A stretch of DNA of 64,000 nucleotides from an uncultured Candidatus Saccharibacteria bacterium. Its GTDB lineage: Bacteria; Patescibacteriota; Minisyncoccia; Phycocordibacterales; UBA6899. Under the pieces are notes generated by a model. That model was not told where the DNA came from. It did no database searches and saw only the letters and a program-made list of their open reading frames with translations. The stretch's first letter is position 1; every line of letters starts with the position of its first letter. The position numbers and the translations under genes were made by a program. The stretch spans positions 93,164 through 157,163 of the forward strand of contig CAZERF010000002.1 of the NCBI GenBank assembly GCA_964515375.1. The letters run 5' to 3'. Shown here piece after piece: positions 18,660 to 27,722 of this stretch.

Positions 18660-18755
18660 TATTGGCTTTTGTGAGCAATGCGAAGCAAAAGACTTAGTGA
18701 CTTGTGACCAAGTCCGTGGCACACAAAGACACCACGGTGAAGCGATAGTTTTGCC

Positions 18756-20174
18756 GTGGTTTTGTCTGTGTCACCTTTTCTCGCCATTCTTGTTATCAAG
18801 AGTACTATGCAACCATTACTTCATTCTCCCGGCGTGAAATTCATTGTCGTCGGCGTGCTCTCCCTTTTACTCATGATCCCGATGGGCTTTGTTTCTTCAC
18901 TCGTGAACGAGCGTGAATCTCGTTATCAGGAGGTGGAACGGTCGATCGCTGTCGAATGGGGTGCACGACAGTATTTTGCGGGACCCATGCTTCTGCTTCC
19001 GGTGACCGAGACTGTTCGGACGAAAGAGGGAAGCGAAGAGGTAGAGCGACTCCATGTCGTGCTCCCTGACACGTATCACGTTGATGTGAATCTTGACCCA
19101 ACGACCAAGCATCGAGGACTCTTTGCTGTCGGCGTGTACGCCGCGCAAGTCTCGGGGCGCGCGTCCTTTGCAACCGACGAGGCGCTTCGCGAGGCACGAG
19201 TTCCGCTTGCGCGGGTCGCATGGGATCGGGCACAACTCGTTTTTCCGATCGCGGATACTCGTTCGATCGCACCTTCGTCCGTACTTTCCGTGAACGGAGA
19301 GAGTATCGCCTTGCTTCCCGGGAATCCCGGACTTGTTGGTGGTACGGGTGTGCACGCGATGATTCCCGCCACGCGCGCCCATGCGCTTGATATCGATTTC
19401 TCCTTTGCGGTGAACGGTTCTTCGGGGCTTTCGCTCCTTCCTGTCGGCAATACGACCAACGCGACCATTGCGTCGTCCGCGCTCGCCCCATCCTTCGTGG
19501 GCGGATACCTTCCGAGCGCTTCGACCATGAGTGAGAAAGGTTTTCGCGGGGAATGGACCGTTTCCGCGTTGGGACGTTCATTTCCTCAGGTGGGGACAGA
19601 CCTTGGTATCATGAGTGCCAAGGATACCCCTGTCTATCAAGACAAGTTTGCTCCGTATGAAACAAAACTCGCAACAGAGGGCGGGCACGGCGTCGCGATC
19701 TTTGGTGTCTCGCTCGTGACGGCGACCGATTTCTATGCAAGTGTTGCGCGGTCGACCAAATACGCGCTCCTCTTCATTGGGCTCACCTTCCTTGCATTTC
19801 TCTTGATCGAGATCCTCATGCGCGCGCGGATACACCCTATTCAATATCTTTTGGTCGGTGCGGCGCTCGCACTCTTCTATCTACTCCTCCTTTCTCTTTC
19901 GGAGCATCTTGGCTTTGCGTGGGCGTATCTTCTCGCGACATTCATGATCGTCGGATTGGTGGGTGCGTATGTCCGCACAGTCTTTCGTTCGGGGCGCTTT
20001 GCACTCTTGATCGGGGCCTTGCTCGCGCTTCTCTACGGCTACCTCTACGCAGTGCTCCGCATGGATGATTACGCGCTCCTCTTTGGAACGATTCTCCTTT
20101 TCCTTGTGCTTGCGGGGGTCATGTTTGCGACCCGTCGCGTCGACTGGTATGCGCGCGACAAGGTGGGAGAGTGA
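18756..20174 (+). CDS. creD: Inner membrane protein CreD (cell envelope integrity / colicin E2 tolerance family)
   Basis: N-terminal TM helix, a large periplasmic domain, then four or five C-terminal TM helices. VNERESRYQEVERSIAVEWGARQYFAGPMLLLP fits CreD. The true start is possibly the ATG near 18807. Confidence 0.65.
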   Translation: MVLSVSPFLAILVIKSTMQPLLHSPGVKFIVVGVLSLLLMIPMGFVSSLVNERESRYQEVERSIAVEWGARQYFAGPMLLLPVTETVRTKEGSEEVERLHVVLPDTYHVDVNLDPTTKHRGLFAVGVYAAQVSGRASFATDEALREARVPLARVAWDRAQLVFPIADTRSIAPSSVLSVNGESIALLPGNPGLVGGTGVHAMIPATRAHALDIDFSFAVNGSSGLSLLPVGNTTNATIASSALAPSFVGGYLPSASTMSEKGFRGEWTVSALGRSFPQVGTDLGIMSAKDTPVYQDKFAPYETKLATEGGHGVAIFGVSLVTATDFYASVARSTKYALLFIGLTFLAFLLIEILMRARIHPIQYLLVGAALALFYLLLLSLSEHLGFAWAYLLATFMIVGLVGAYVRTVFRSGRFALLIGALLALLYGYLYAVLRMDDYALLFGTILLFLVLAGVMFATRRVDWYARDKVGE

Positions 20175-20271
20175 ACGCGGGAATCCCTCCCGTGGAGGGA
20201 CTCTCCTCACTAAGGAAAAAGCACAGGCCATTGCGACCTGTGCTTTTCTTTTGCCCTCATTCGAGGACTCA

Positions 20272-20408
20272 TGGTGGGCACGGGGAGACTTGAACATTAC
20301 ATGTTCCGTACAGGACCGCGCGTCGTACTCGTCTTCAGAAAGACTCCGTGCGACATGCTCGTCCTTTCAAGTTCTCCCACACAGGCAAGCAGTTGCCTGT
20401 TCGTGCCC
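20272..20408 (-). pseudogene. tRNA-like pseudo-element of 137 nt: an intact tRNA-Leu acceptor 5' strand and D-arm, ~80 nt of unrelated sequence, then a T-loop/acceptor 3' end with CCA
   Basis: Reverse complement begins GGGCACGAACAGGCAACTGCTTGCCTG and ends GTTCAAGTCTCCCCGTGCCCACCA. It cannot be folded as a cloverleaf. Shares its ends with the adjacent tRNA-Leu(CAG). Confidence 0.6.
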
Positions 20409-20423
20409 TCATTCGAGGACTCA

Positions 20424-20508
20424 TGGTGGGCACGGGGAGACTTGAACTCCCAAGGGTTTCCCCATACGCTTCTGAGACGTACGCGTATACCAGTTCCGCC
20501 ACGTGCCC
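20424..20508 (-). tRNA. tRNA-Leu (anticodon CAG)
   Basis: Reverse complement reads GGGCACGTGGCGGAACTGGTATACGCGTACGTCTCAGAAGCGTATGGGGAAACCCTTGGGAGTTCAAGTCTCCCCGTGCCCACCA. Acceptor, anticodon arm (loop CTCAGAA), long variable arm and T-arm all pair. Confidence 0.8.
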
Positions 20509-20910
20509 GTATAATAATATTTATAAAACTTCTGAGACGTACGCGACTGCATGTTTTTCGCAGTTCCGCTACGTGCCCTTTGTCTATTTTTTTACAGAAC
20601 CGTTGAGGTCGTGCGGGAGTTCATTATCTATCCAGCAGTTCCGCCACGCGCTCACTTGTTCCGTTGTTTGTTTGACCGTCCAAGTCTAGCAGACTTCCGA
20701 CCTTTTTTCTATATCCCGATCTCGTTTCTCTCGAGGATGGGGGGGCGAGGAGTTCAATACTCTAGAATACATTTGACAAAGTGTCAATCTTTACGACATT
20801 CTCTCGAATGCTAGTGTAAAAAAGGAAGTCTGTTGTTTGTCAGTAAGGGAAAGTATGCGTTTGTTACGCCCCGCTTTCCCTCCTCAACCCTCAACACAAG
20901 GAGGAACATC

Positions 20911-22833
20911 ATGTCCATCTTTCGTGCGTATCAAAATCGTTACGCGGAAGCTCAGGAAGAAGAGATGTCCGTTCAGGACTACCTCGAACTCTGCAAGAAG
21001 GATCCGCTCGCTTACGCGACGTCCGCCGAGCGTATGCTCGCGGCCATCGGCGAACCGGAATATGTTGACACTCGGGTTGACCCGCGTCTCTCGCGTATCT
21101 TTGCGAACAAGGTGCTCAAGGTCTACCCGGCCTTTCGTGATTTTTACGGCATGGAGGAAGCGATCGAGAACATCGTCGCGTACTTCCGTCACGCGGCGCA
21201 AGGTCTTGAAGAGAAGAAGCAAGTCCTCTACCTCCTCGGTCCTGTCGGCGGCGGCAAGTCGTCGCTCGCTGAAAAGCTGAAGAGCTTGATCGAGAAGAGG
21301 CCATTCTACGCGATCAAAGGTTCGCCGGTGCACGAGTCTCCGCTCGGACTGTTCAATGCCGCGGAAGACGGCGCGATTCTCGAAGAAGAATTCGGGATCC
21401 CCCGTCGCTACCTCACGACCATCATGAGCCCCTGGGCGGTGAAGCGTCTCCATGAATTTGGCGGCGACATCACCAGGTTCCGTGTCGTGAAGTTGAATCC
21501 GTCGGTGCTGCGCCAGGTCGCGGTCGCCAAGACCGAGCCGGGCGACGAGAACAACCAAGACATCTCGTCTTTGGTCGGCAAGATCGACATCCGCAAACTC
21601 GAGCAGTACTCACAGGACGATCCGGACGCGTATAGCTATGCCGGCGGCCTGTGTCTCGCGAACCGGGGCCTCCTCGAATTCGTCGAGATGTTCAAGGCGC
21701 CGATCAAGGTGCTCCATCCGCTACTCACTGCAACACAGGAGGGTAACTACAAGGGCACCGAAGGGTTCGGCGCTATTCCGTTCGACGGGGTCATCCTGGC
21801 GCACTCGAACGAGTCCGAATGGACTACGTTCAAGAGCAACAAGAACAACGAGGCCTTCCTCGACCGCATCTACACGGTCAAGGTCCCGTATTGTCTGCGC
21901 GTCTCCGACGAGATCCATATCTACGAGAAGCTTCTGGCGAACAGTTCGCTGTCGGAAGCGCCGTGTGCGCCTGATACACTCAAGATGCTGGCGCAGTTCG
22001 CGGTCCTGTCCCGAATGAAGGAGCCCGAAAATTCGAGCATCTTCTCCAAGATGCGCGTGTATGACGGCGAGAATCTGAAGGATACCGACCCGAAGGCCAA
22101 GAGTCACCAGGAGTACAGCGATTATGCGGGCGTTGACGAAGGGATGACCGGACTCTCGACCCGTTTCGCGTTCAAGGTGCTCTCCAAGGTGTTCAACTTT
22201 GACCACCGCGAGGTCGCCGCCAACCCGGTGCATCTCATGTATGTTCTCGAGCAGCAGATCGAGGCCGAGCAGTATCCGGCTGAAACCGAAGCGCGCTTCA
22301 TGGGGTACATCAAGGAGTACCTGGCGCCCAAGTATGCCGAGTTTATCGGCAAGGAGATCCAGACCGCGTACCTCGAAAGCTACAGTGAGTACGGTCAGAA
22401 CATTTTCGATCGTTATGTCACGTATGCCGACTTCTGGATCCAGGACCAGGAATTCCGCGACCCGAACACCGGCGAGATCCTCGACCGGAAGGCGCTCAAC
22501 GAGGAACTGGAGAAGATCGAGAAGCCGGCCGGAATCAGCAACCCGAAAGACTTCCGCAACGAGGTGGTCAACTTCGTACTCCGCGCTCGCGCGAGGCATG
22601 AAGGAGCGAATCCTCCGTGGACGTCCTACGAAAAGCTGCGCGCGGTGATCGAGAAGAAGATGTTCGCGAATACCGAGGACCTGCTGCCGGTTATCAGCTT
22701 CAATGCCAAGGCATCGGCCGATGAGCAGAAGAAGCACCAGGACTTCGTCGATCGCATGGGCGAAAAGGGCTACACCGAGAAACAAGTGCGACTCTTGTGC
22801 GAGTGGTATCTGCGCGTGCGCAAGTCGTCGTGA
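20911..22833 (+). CDS. prkA: PrkA family serine protein kinase (YeaG-like)
   Basis: 640 aa. Walker A LLGPVGGGKSSLAE. Near-collinear similarity to enterobacterial YeaG along its whole length. Strong RBS aaggagg. The start was moved to the ATG at 20911. Confidence 0.9.
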   Translation: MSIFRAYQNRYAEAQEEEMSVQDYLELCKKDPLAYATSAERMLAAIGEPEYVDTRVDPRLSRIFANKVLKVYPAFRDFYGMEEAIENIVAYFRHAAQGLEEKKQVLYLLGPVGGGKSSLAEKLKSLIEKRPFYAIKGSPVHESPLGLFNAAEDGAILEEEFGIPRRYLTTIMSPWAVKRLHEFGGDITRFRVVKLNPSVLRQVAVAKTEPGDENNQDISSLVGKIDIRKLEQYSQDDPDAYSYAGGLCLANRGLLEFVEMFKAPIKVLHPLLTATQEGNYKGTEGFGAIPFDGVILAHSNESEWTTFKSNKNNEAFLDRIYTVKVPYCLRVSDEIHIYEKLLANSSLSEAPCAPDTLKMLAQFAVLSRMKEPENSSIFSKMRVYDGENLKDTDPKAKSHQEYSDYAGVDEGMTGLSTRFAFKVLSKVFNFDHREVAANPVHLMYVLEQQIEAEQYPAETEARFMGYIKEYLAPKYAEFIGKEIQTAYLESYSEYGQNIFDRYVTYADFWIQDQEFRDPNTGEILDRKALNEELEKIEKPAGISNPKDFRNEVVNFVLRARARHEGANPPWTSYEKLRAVIEKKMFANTEDLLPVISFNAKASADEQKKHQDFVDRMGEKGYTEKQVRLLCEWYLRVRKSS

Positions 22834-22888
22834 TCATTTGAACCACAGGGGTGCGCAATCGCGCACCCCTTTCTTTTTGGAGAGTACC

Positions 22889-24163
22889 ATGTCCGTACGT
22901 ATCGTTGATCGACGGTTCGACAGCAAGGGAAAGAGTACGGTGAATCGTCAGCGCTTCATGCGTCGTTTCAAGACACAGATCAAGAAGGCGGTCGCGGACG
23001 CGATCTCCGGTCGATCGGTAAAAGACCTTGAGAGCGGTGAAAGTGTTTCTATTCCGGCTCGCGATCTCAATGAGCCCAATTTCCGACACGATAAAGGCGG
23101 TATCTGGGAGCAAGTTTTCACCGGGAATGATCGTTACACTCAGGGAGACGAGATCGGTCGTCCGAGCGGTGGAGGCGGTGGAGGCGGTGGTGGTCAAGCG
23201 AGTGATAGTGGAGAGCATGAGGATGATTTCACGTTCTCGCTCTCCCGAGAAGAGTTCATGGACCTGTTCTTTGAGGACATGGAACTTCCGCGTTTGATCC
23301 GCAAGCAACTCGGCAAGGCGAAAGAGTACAAGATGGAGCATGCGGGCATCGTCACCGACGGAACCCCGTCGAATCTTCGTTTGGTACGAACTCGCCAGGT
23401 GGGAATCGGGCGCAAGATCGGCATGACCGCGGAGAGTCGCAAGGCGCTTCAGGATGCGCAACATGAACTTGAGGTCGCGATCGAATGTGAAGGGGAGGAA
23501 AGCGATGATGTCGCGGCAATCCGCTTTGCGATCGATCAGCTTCGCGCCAAGATCGCTCGTGTACCGTTCATCGACACCTTCGACCTGCGCTTTAATGCGC
23601 ACAAGCAAGTCCCCAAGCCGACAACGCAAGCCGTCATGTTCTGTGTGATGGACGTGTCCGGTTCGATGGACGAGGAGCGCAAGGATATCGCAAAACGTTT
23701 CTTCATGTTGTTGTACCTCTTCCTCACTCGGCAGTATGAGAATGTCGAAGTGGTCTTTATCCGCCATCATACGGCAGCGAAGGAGGTCGACGAGGAAGAA
23801 TTCTTCCACTCGCGCGAGTCGGGTGGAACGGTTGTTTCAAGTGCGCTCGAACTCATGCGGACGATCATCAAGGAACGTTATGCCAACGGACAGTGGAACA
23901 TCTACGGCGCGCAGGCATCCGACGGAGACAACTGGGACAATGACTCGCCCGGTTGCAGGAAATTGCTTTCGGAAGCCGGAGGCATATTGAGCTGGTGTCA
24001 ATACTTCGCGTATATCGAGATCGCCGACACTCCTCAGGGTCTGTGGAAGAACTACGAACAGGTCGCCGAGGCATTCCAAGGAAAATTCGCGATGCGTCGC
24101 GTCAAAGAGCGTGCTGATGTCTATCCGGTGCTCCACGATCTTTTCAAGAAGGAGGCAGTATGA
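22889..24163 (+). CDS. yeaH: YeaH/YhbH family protein (DUF444, UPF0229)
   Basis: MSVRIVDRRFDSKGKSTVNRQRFMRRFKTQIKKAV...SGESVSIP...poly-Gly...DFTFSLSREEFMDLFFEDMELP matches YeaH. The start was moved to the ATG at 22889. Confidence 0.85.
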   Translation: MSVRIVDRRFDSKGKSTVNRQRFMRRFKTQIKKAVADAISGRSVKDLESGESVSIPARDLNEPNFRHDKGGIWEQVFTGNDRYTQGDEIGRPSGGGGGGGGGQASDSGEHEDDFTFSLSREEFMDLFFEDMELPRLIRKQLGKAKEYKMEHAGIVTDGTPSNLRLVRTRQVGIGRKIGMTAESRKALQDAQHELEVAIECEGEESDDVAAIRFAIDQLRAKIARVPFIDTFDLRFNAHKQVPKPTTQAVMFCVMDVSGSMDEERKDIAKRFFMLLYLFLTRQYENVEVVFIRHHTAAKEVDEEEFFHSRESGGTVVSSALELMRTIIKERYANGQWNIYGAQASDGDNWDNDSPGCRKLLSEAGGILSWCQYFAYIEIADTPQGLWKNYEQVAEAFQGKFAMRRVKERADVYPVLHDLFKKEAV

Positions 24164-25710
24164 ACGCAAGAAAACGTAGTGGAGTGTCGCGAGGAAGGAA
24201 AACTCGTGAGCTCCCTTGGACGCCTGATTGGACGTTTGATTCCATTGAGCGTTATCACGAGGAGATCGCGCGCGTCGCGCGAGGGTATGGTCTCGATACG
24301 TATCCGATACAGATCGAGGTCATCACCGCCGAGCAGATGATGGACGCCTACGCCTCTGTGGGCATGCCGGTCAACTACCATCATTGGTCGTTCGGGAAGC
24401 ACTTCCTTTCGACCGAGAAAGGGTATCGACGCGGTCAGATGGGCTTGGCCTACGAGATCGTCATCAATTCCGATCCGTGTATCGCCTACCTCATGGAGGA
24501 GAACACGCTCACAATGCAAGGACTCGTGATCGCGCATGCGGCCTACGGCCACAACAGCTTCTTCAAGGGCAACTACCTCTTCCGGCAGTGGACCCATGCG
24601 GACGCGATCATCGACTACCTCATCTTCGCCCGCAACTACATCACCAAGTGTGAGGAGAAGTATGGCGAGGAAGAGGTCGAGAAGCTCCTTGATTCCTGTC
24701 ACGCGCTCATGAACTTGGGAGTGGACAAGTATAAGCGTCCCTCCAAATTGAGCGCCGAGGACGAAAAACATCGTCAGCAGGAACGGCAGGAGTATCTACA
24801 ATCTCAGGTCAATGAACTATGGAGGAAAAGTGACGGATGGTTTGAGTCGTATGATGAAAAGGATTCGACCCAAGCTCGCTTCCCGGAAGAGCCGCAGGAG
24901 AACCTGCTGTACTTCATCGAGAAGAATGCTCCGCTCTTGGAACCCTGGCAGCGTGAGATCGTGCGGATCGTGCGTAAGATCGCGCAGTATTTCTTCCCCC
25001 AGCGTCAGACGCAAGTCATGAACGAAGGGTGGGCGACGTATTGGCACTATACGATCTTAAACACGCTTTACGACGAAGGGCTACTTGCGGACGGTTTCAT
25101 GCTCGAGTTTCTCCAGTCTCACACCGGAGTGGTCGCGCAACCGCCGTACAATAGTAGGTGGTACAACGGAGTCAATCCGTACGCACTCGGCTTCGCGATG
25201 TGGCGAGATATTCGTCGCATTTGCGAAAACCCCGACGACGAGGACCGAGAATGGTTCCCGGAGATCGCGGGGAGTGATTGGCGCGAGACGTTCGACTTCG
25301 CGATGCGCAACTTCAAGGATGAGAGCTTCATTGCGCAGTATCTGTCGCCCAAGGTCATGCGGGAATTTCGCATGTTTGCGATCCTCGACGATGACGAGGA
25401 GGCGAAACTCAAGGTCTCCGCGATCCACGACGGATCCGGATATCGAGATGTTCGGCGAGTGCTTTCCGAGCAATACAACCTCGGGAACCGCGAGCCTGAC
25501 ATTCAGGTCTGGAACGTCAACGTGAAGGGAAACCGGGCGCTCACCTTGCGCCACACGCAGTTCAATCGTCGTCCACTCCACGAATCCTCTCTTGAGGTCA
25601 TGAAGCATATCGCTCGGCTTTGGGGGTTTGCGGTTCGACTGGAGATGTGCGACGCGGACGGAAAGTGTTCGATCGTGCACGAGGAGCGCAAGGAAAAGCG
25701 CAATCCCTGA
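24160..25710 (+). CDS. spoVR: SpoVR family protein (YcgB-like)
   Basis: 516 aa. Third gene of the conserved prkA-yeaH-spoVR triad, overlapping the yeaH stop. WSFGKHF and GLVIAHAAYGHNSFFKGN regions are present. Confidence 0.8.
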   Translation: MNARKRSGVSRGRKTRELPWTPDWTFDSIERYHEEIARVARGYGLDTYPIQIEVITAEQMMDAYASVGMPVNYHHWSFGKHFLSTEKGYRRGQMGLAYEIVINSDPCIAYLMEENTLTMQGLVIAHAAYGHNSFFKGNYLFRQWTHADAIIDYLIFARNYITKCEEKYGEEEVEKLLDSCHALMNLGVDKYKRPSKLSAEDEKHRQQERQEYLQSQVNELWRKSDGWFESYDEKDSTQARFPEEPQENLLYFIEKNAPLLEPWQREIVRIVRKIAQYFFPQRQTQVMNEGWATYWHYTILNTLYDEGLLADGFMLEFLQSHTGVVAQPPYNSRWYNGVNPYALGFAMWRDIRRICENPDDEDREWFPEIAGSDWRETFDFAMRNFKDESFIAQYLSPKVMREFRMFAILDDDEEAKLKVSAIHDGSGYRDVRRVLSEQYNLGNREPDIQVWNVNVKGNRALTLRHTQFNRRPLHESSLEVMKHIARLWGFAVRLEMCDADGKCSIVHEERKEKRNP

Positions 25711-25794
25711 ATCAGTTCTTTGTTCGTTCTTTACTTGACCCCTCTTTGGAGGGGTCTTTTTTTGCACCGCAATACCCGTGTTATACTTTTTCGT

Positions 25795-26355
25795 ATGTTG
25801 TATACAGGAAAGGGTGACGACGGGAAGACAAAGCTTTTTGCGTGTGACCAGCGTATTGCAAAGAGTGCCGCGATCGCGGAGGCGCTCGGAACCGTCGACG
25901 AACTGAACGCACTTTTGGGTGCGCTCAAAATTGAAGGGGAAGAAACCTTTGCTGTCGGTGGTCTCTCGTATCACGATCTTCTTGCGGATGTGCAGCAGGA
26001 CCTCTTCATTATTCAGGCGGAGTTGGCCGGAGCGGACATGTCGATCGCACGGGATCGGGTCGTCAAATTGGAAACATGGGTGAACACGATCGAGCGCGAA
26101 CTTCCGCCGATCACGACATTCTTTGTCTCCGGTGGAACAAAGCTCGCGGCATGGTGCGATGTTGCTCGCACACTCGCGCGCCGCGCGGAGCGTCGAGTCG
26201 TCGTTAGTGTTGAAGAGGTCGCCGATGCTCCCTCTGGAGCAAGGGATAATGCGGCGCTCCTGGCGTATATGAACCGTCTCTCCTCACTCCTCTATGCGCT
26301 CGCACGCCTTGCGAATCATCGTGCTGGAGTCGTCGAAGAAAAACCTCACTATTGA
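25795..26355 (+). CDS. ATP:cob(I)alamin adenosyltransferase, PduO/MMAB type
   Basis: MLYTGKGDDGKTKLFACDQRIAKSAAIAEALGTVDELNALLG is the PduO N-terminal signature. Confidence 0.8.
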   Translation: MLYTGKGDDGKTKLFACDQRIAKSAAIAEALGTVDELNALLGALKIEGEETFAVGGLSYHDLLADVQQDLFIIQAELAGADMSIARDRVVKLETWVNTIERELPPITTFFVSGGTKLAAWCDVARTLARRAERRVVVSVEEVADAPSGARDNAALLAYMNRLSSLLYALARLANHRAGVVEEKPHY

Positions 26356-26399
26356 CTATTGCTTGACCCCCGCAAGTCAGATGTTAGATTGAAAGGGCT

Positions 26400-27041
26400 A
26401 TGCTGATAGACCCGAAAACCTCGGATATTCTGAAGAAGATCGAAGAACTGAACGATGCGCTTCGTCGCGAGCAGGCGCGGTTGGCGGAGAAGTACGGATT
26501 TTCCCTGCGCAAACACAAGGTCATTTTTCTCGACGTTTTCCGCGCGCGTAACAAGGCCTTTCGTATTCCCGCCTGGCGCTATGTCATTCCCAAGCGGTTG
26601 CGCCATCTTCTTTCGCTTCCATTCATTTACGCGATGCTGATCCCGACACTCATTCTTGATGTCTTTCTCTTTGTTTATCAGTCCGTCGCCTTCCCGCTCT
26701 ATGGGATCCCCAAGGTATGTCGTCGCGATTTTTTCGTCTACGATCGACGGTTTCTCGATTACCTGAATATCATACAGAAGGTGCACTGTTTGTATTGCAG
26801 TTATGTGAACGGTGTTTTTGGTTATGCGGTCGAGGTTGCCGCTCGTACCGAACGTTATTGGTGTCCCGTTAAGGCGGCAGCGCATCCCAAGTATTATCAC
26901 GGATGGTACAAGGAGTTCGCGGATTATGGTGATCCGGAAGGGTGGGGAGAGAAGTTCAATGATCATCATGCGTTTCGAAAAGCAGAGCTGAGTACGAAAG
27001 GCGAAGGAGAGGGTGTCTGTGACACGAGTCTTCGTGTGTAG
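26400..27041 (+). CDS. Hypothetical protein with a central TM region and Cys/His-rich C-terminus
   Basis: 213-aa ORF. No recognisable domain. Confidence 0.5.
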   Translation: MLIDPKTSDILKKIEELNDALRREQARLAEKYGFSLRKHKVIFLDVFRARNKAFRIPAWRYVIPKRLRHLLSLPFIYAMLIPTLILDVFLFVYQSVAFPLYGIPKVCRRDFFVYDRRFLDYLNIIQKVHCLYCSYVNGVFGYAVEVAARTERYWCPVKAAAHPKYYHGWYKEFADYGDPEGWGEKFNDHHAFRKAELSTKGEGEGVCDTSLRV

Positions 27042-27089
27042 AAAGGATAAAAAAATTGCCGGGATCAGTGAGATCCCGGCAGGGTACGG

Positions 27090-27410
27090 TCAACGAAGGT
27101 AGAGGTAGCCACTTCCTCCAATTGGTACGACCAATTGCACTGCACCGGGGTAGTAGTACCAGGGTGTTGGTTCGTAATACGATGGGTAGTATCGTGACTG
27201 GGGTATGTAGACGACACGCGGTGATATTGCGCGGGTTACATGCTGAGGCTGTGCCGTGTATGCACGATGCGTGACAGGCGACGGCGCGGGGCGGTGCGCT
27301 TTTGCAACGTGTGCGTGGTGGTGGTGCGGCCTGCCTATGTCATGGGCATTCGCACAACCGGCAGCAGTGAGCAGCAGTCCAGCAAGGACGGTGAGTAGTG
27401 CGGTCTTCAT
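27090..27410 (-). CDS. Small secreted lipoprotein-like protein, His-rich and Tyr/Pro-rich
   Basis: Signal peptide MKTALLTVLAGLLLTAAGC with an aggag RBS. Contains an HHHHAH run and a YYPSYYEPTPWYYYP C-terminal region. The start was moved to the ATG at 27410. Confidence 0.6.
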   Translation of the reverse strand: MKTALLTVLAGLLLTAAGCANAHDIGRPHHHHAHVAKAHRPAPSPVTHRAYTAQPQHVTRAISPRVVYIPQSRYYPSYYEPTPWYYYPGAVQLVVPIGGSGYLYLR

Positions 27411-27569
27411 CTCTTTCTCCTTCAAGGGACAACGCGGGAACCATTCCCGGATCTTTTGCATTCTGGCATTTTTTGACTCATTCGTCAATTCTTTGCCCGG
27501 TTGATTTTATTCTTTTTTCTGGTACTATTTCTTTATTGCACCACCGTGGTGCAATTTTGTTCGATATCA

Positions 27570-27643
27570 TGGTGCCTATGGTGTAATGGTTAGCACTGAG
27601 GTTTGTGGAACCTCCAGCCAGGGTTCGAATCCCTGTAGGCACC
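27570..27643 (+). tRNA. tRNA-His (anticodon GTG), with encoded G-1
   Basis: GGTGCCTATGGTGTAATGGTTAGCACTGAGGTTTGTGGAACCTCCAGCCAGGGTTCGAATCCCTGTAGGCACCC. Anticodon loop TTGTGGA. Confidence 0.85.
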
Positions 27644-27722
27644 CCCGACAGAGAGACCCAAGAGGCGACCGAGAAGGGTCGCTTTTTGGTAAAGAAAGTT
27701 CTAGACTCAGTAGGTCAAAAAC

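Noticed and set aside
20240-20660. Possible CRISPR array suggested by ~150-bp periodic repeats
   Set aside because: The repeats are tRNA-Leu fragments (acceptor, anticodon and T-arm pieces). They are not short uniform direct repeats with unique spacers, and there are no cas genes.
21721-22785. 354-aa minus-strand ORF, and several plus-strand out-of-frame ORFs, inside prkA
   Set aside because: They overlap a very strongly conserved PrkA reading frame and are spurious.
22700-23809. 369-aa minus-strand ORF antisense to yeaH
   Set aside because: Antisense to the conserved YeaH frame, with no domain.
25081-25974. 297-aa minus-strand ORF antisense to the spoVR 3' end and the adenosyltransferase gene
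   Set aside because: Spans two well-supported plus-strand genes and the terminator between them, so it is not coding.
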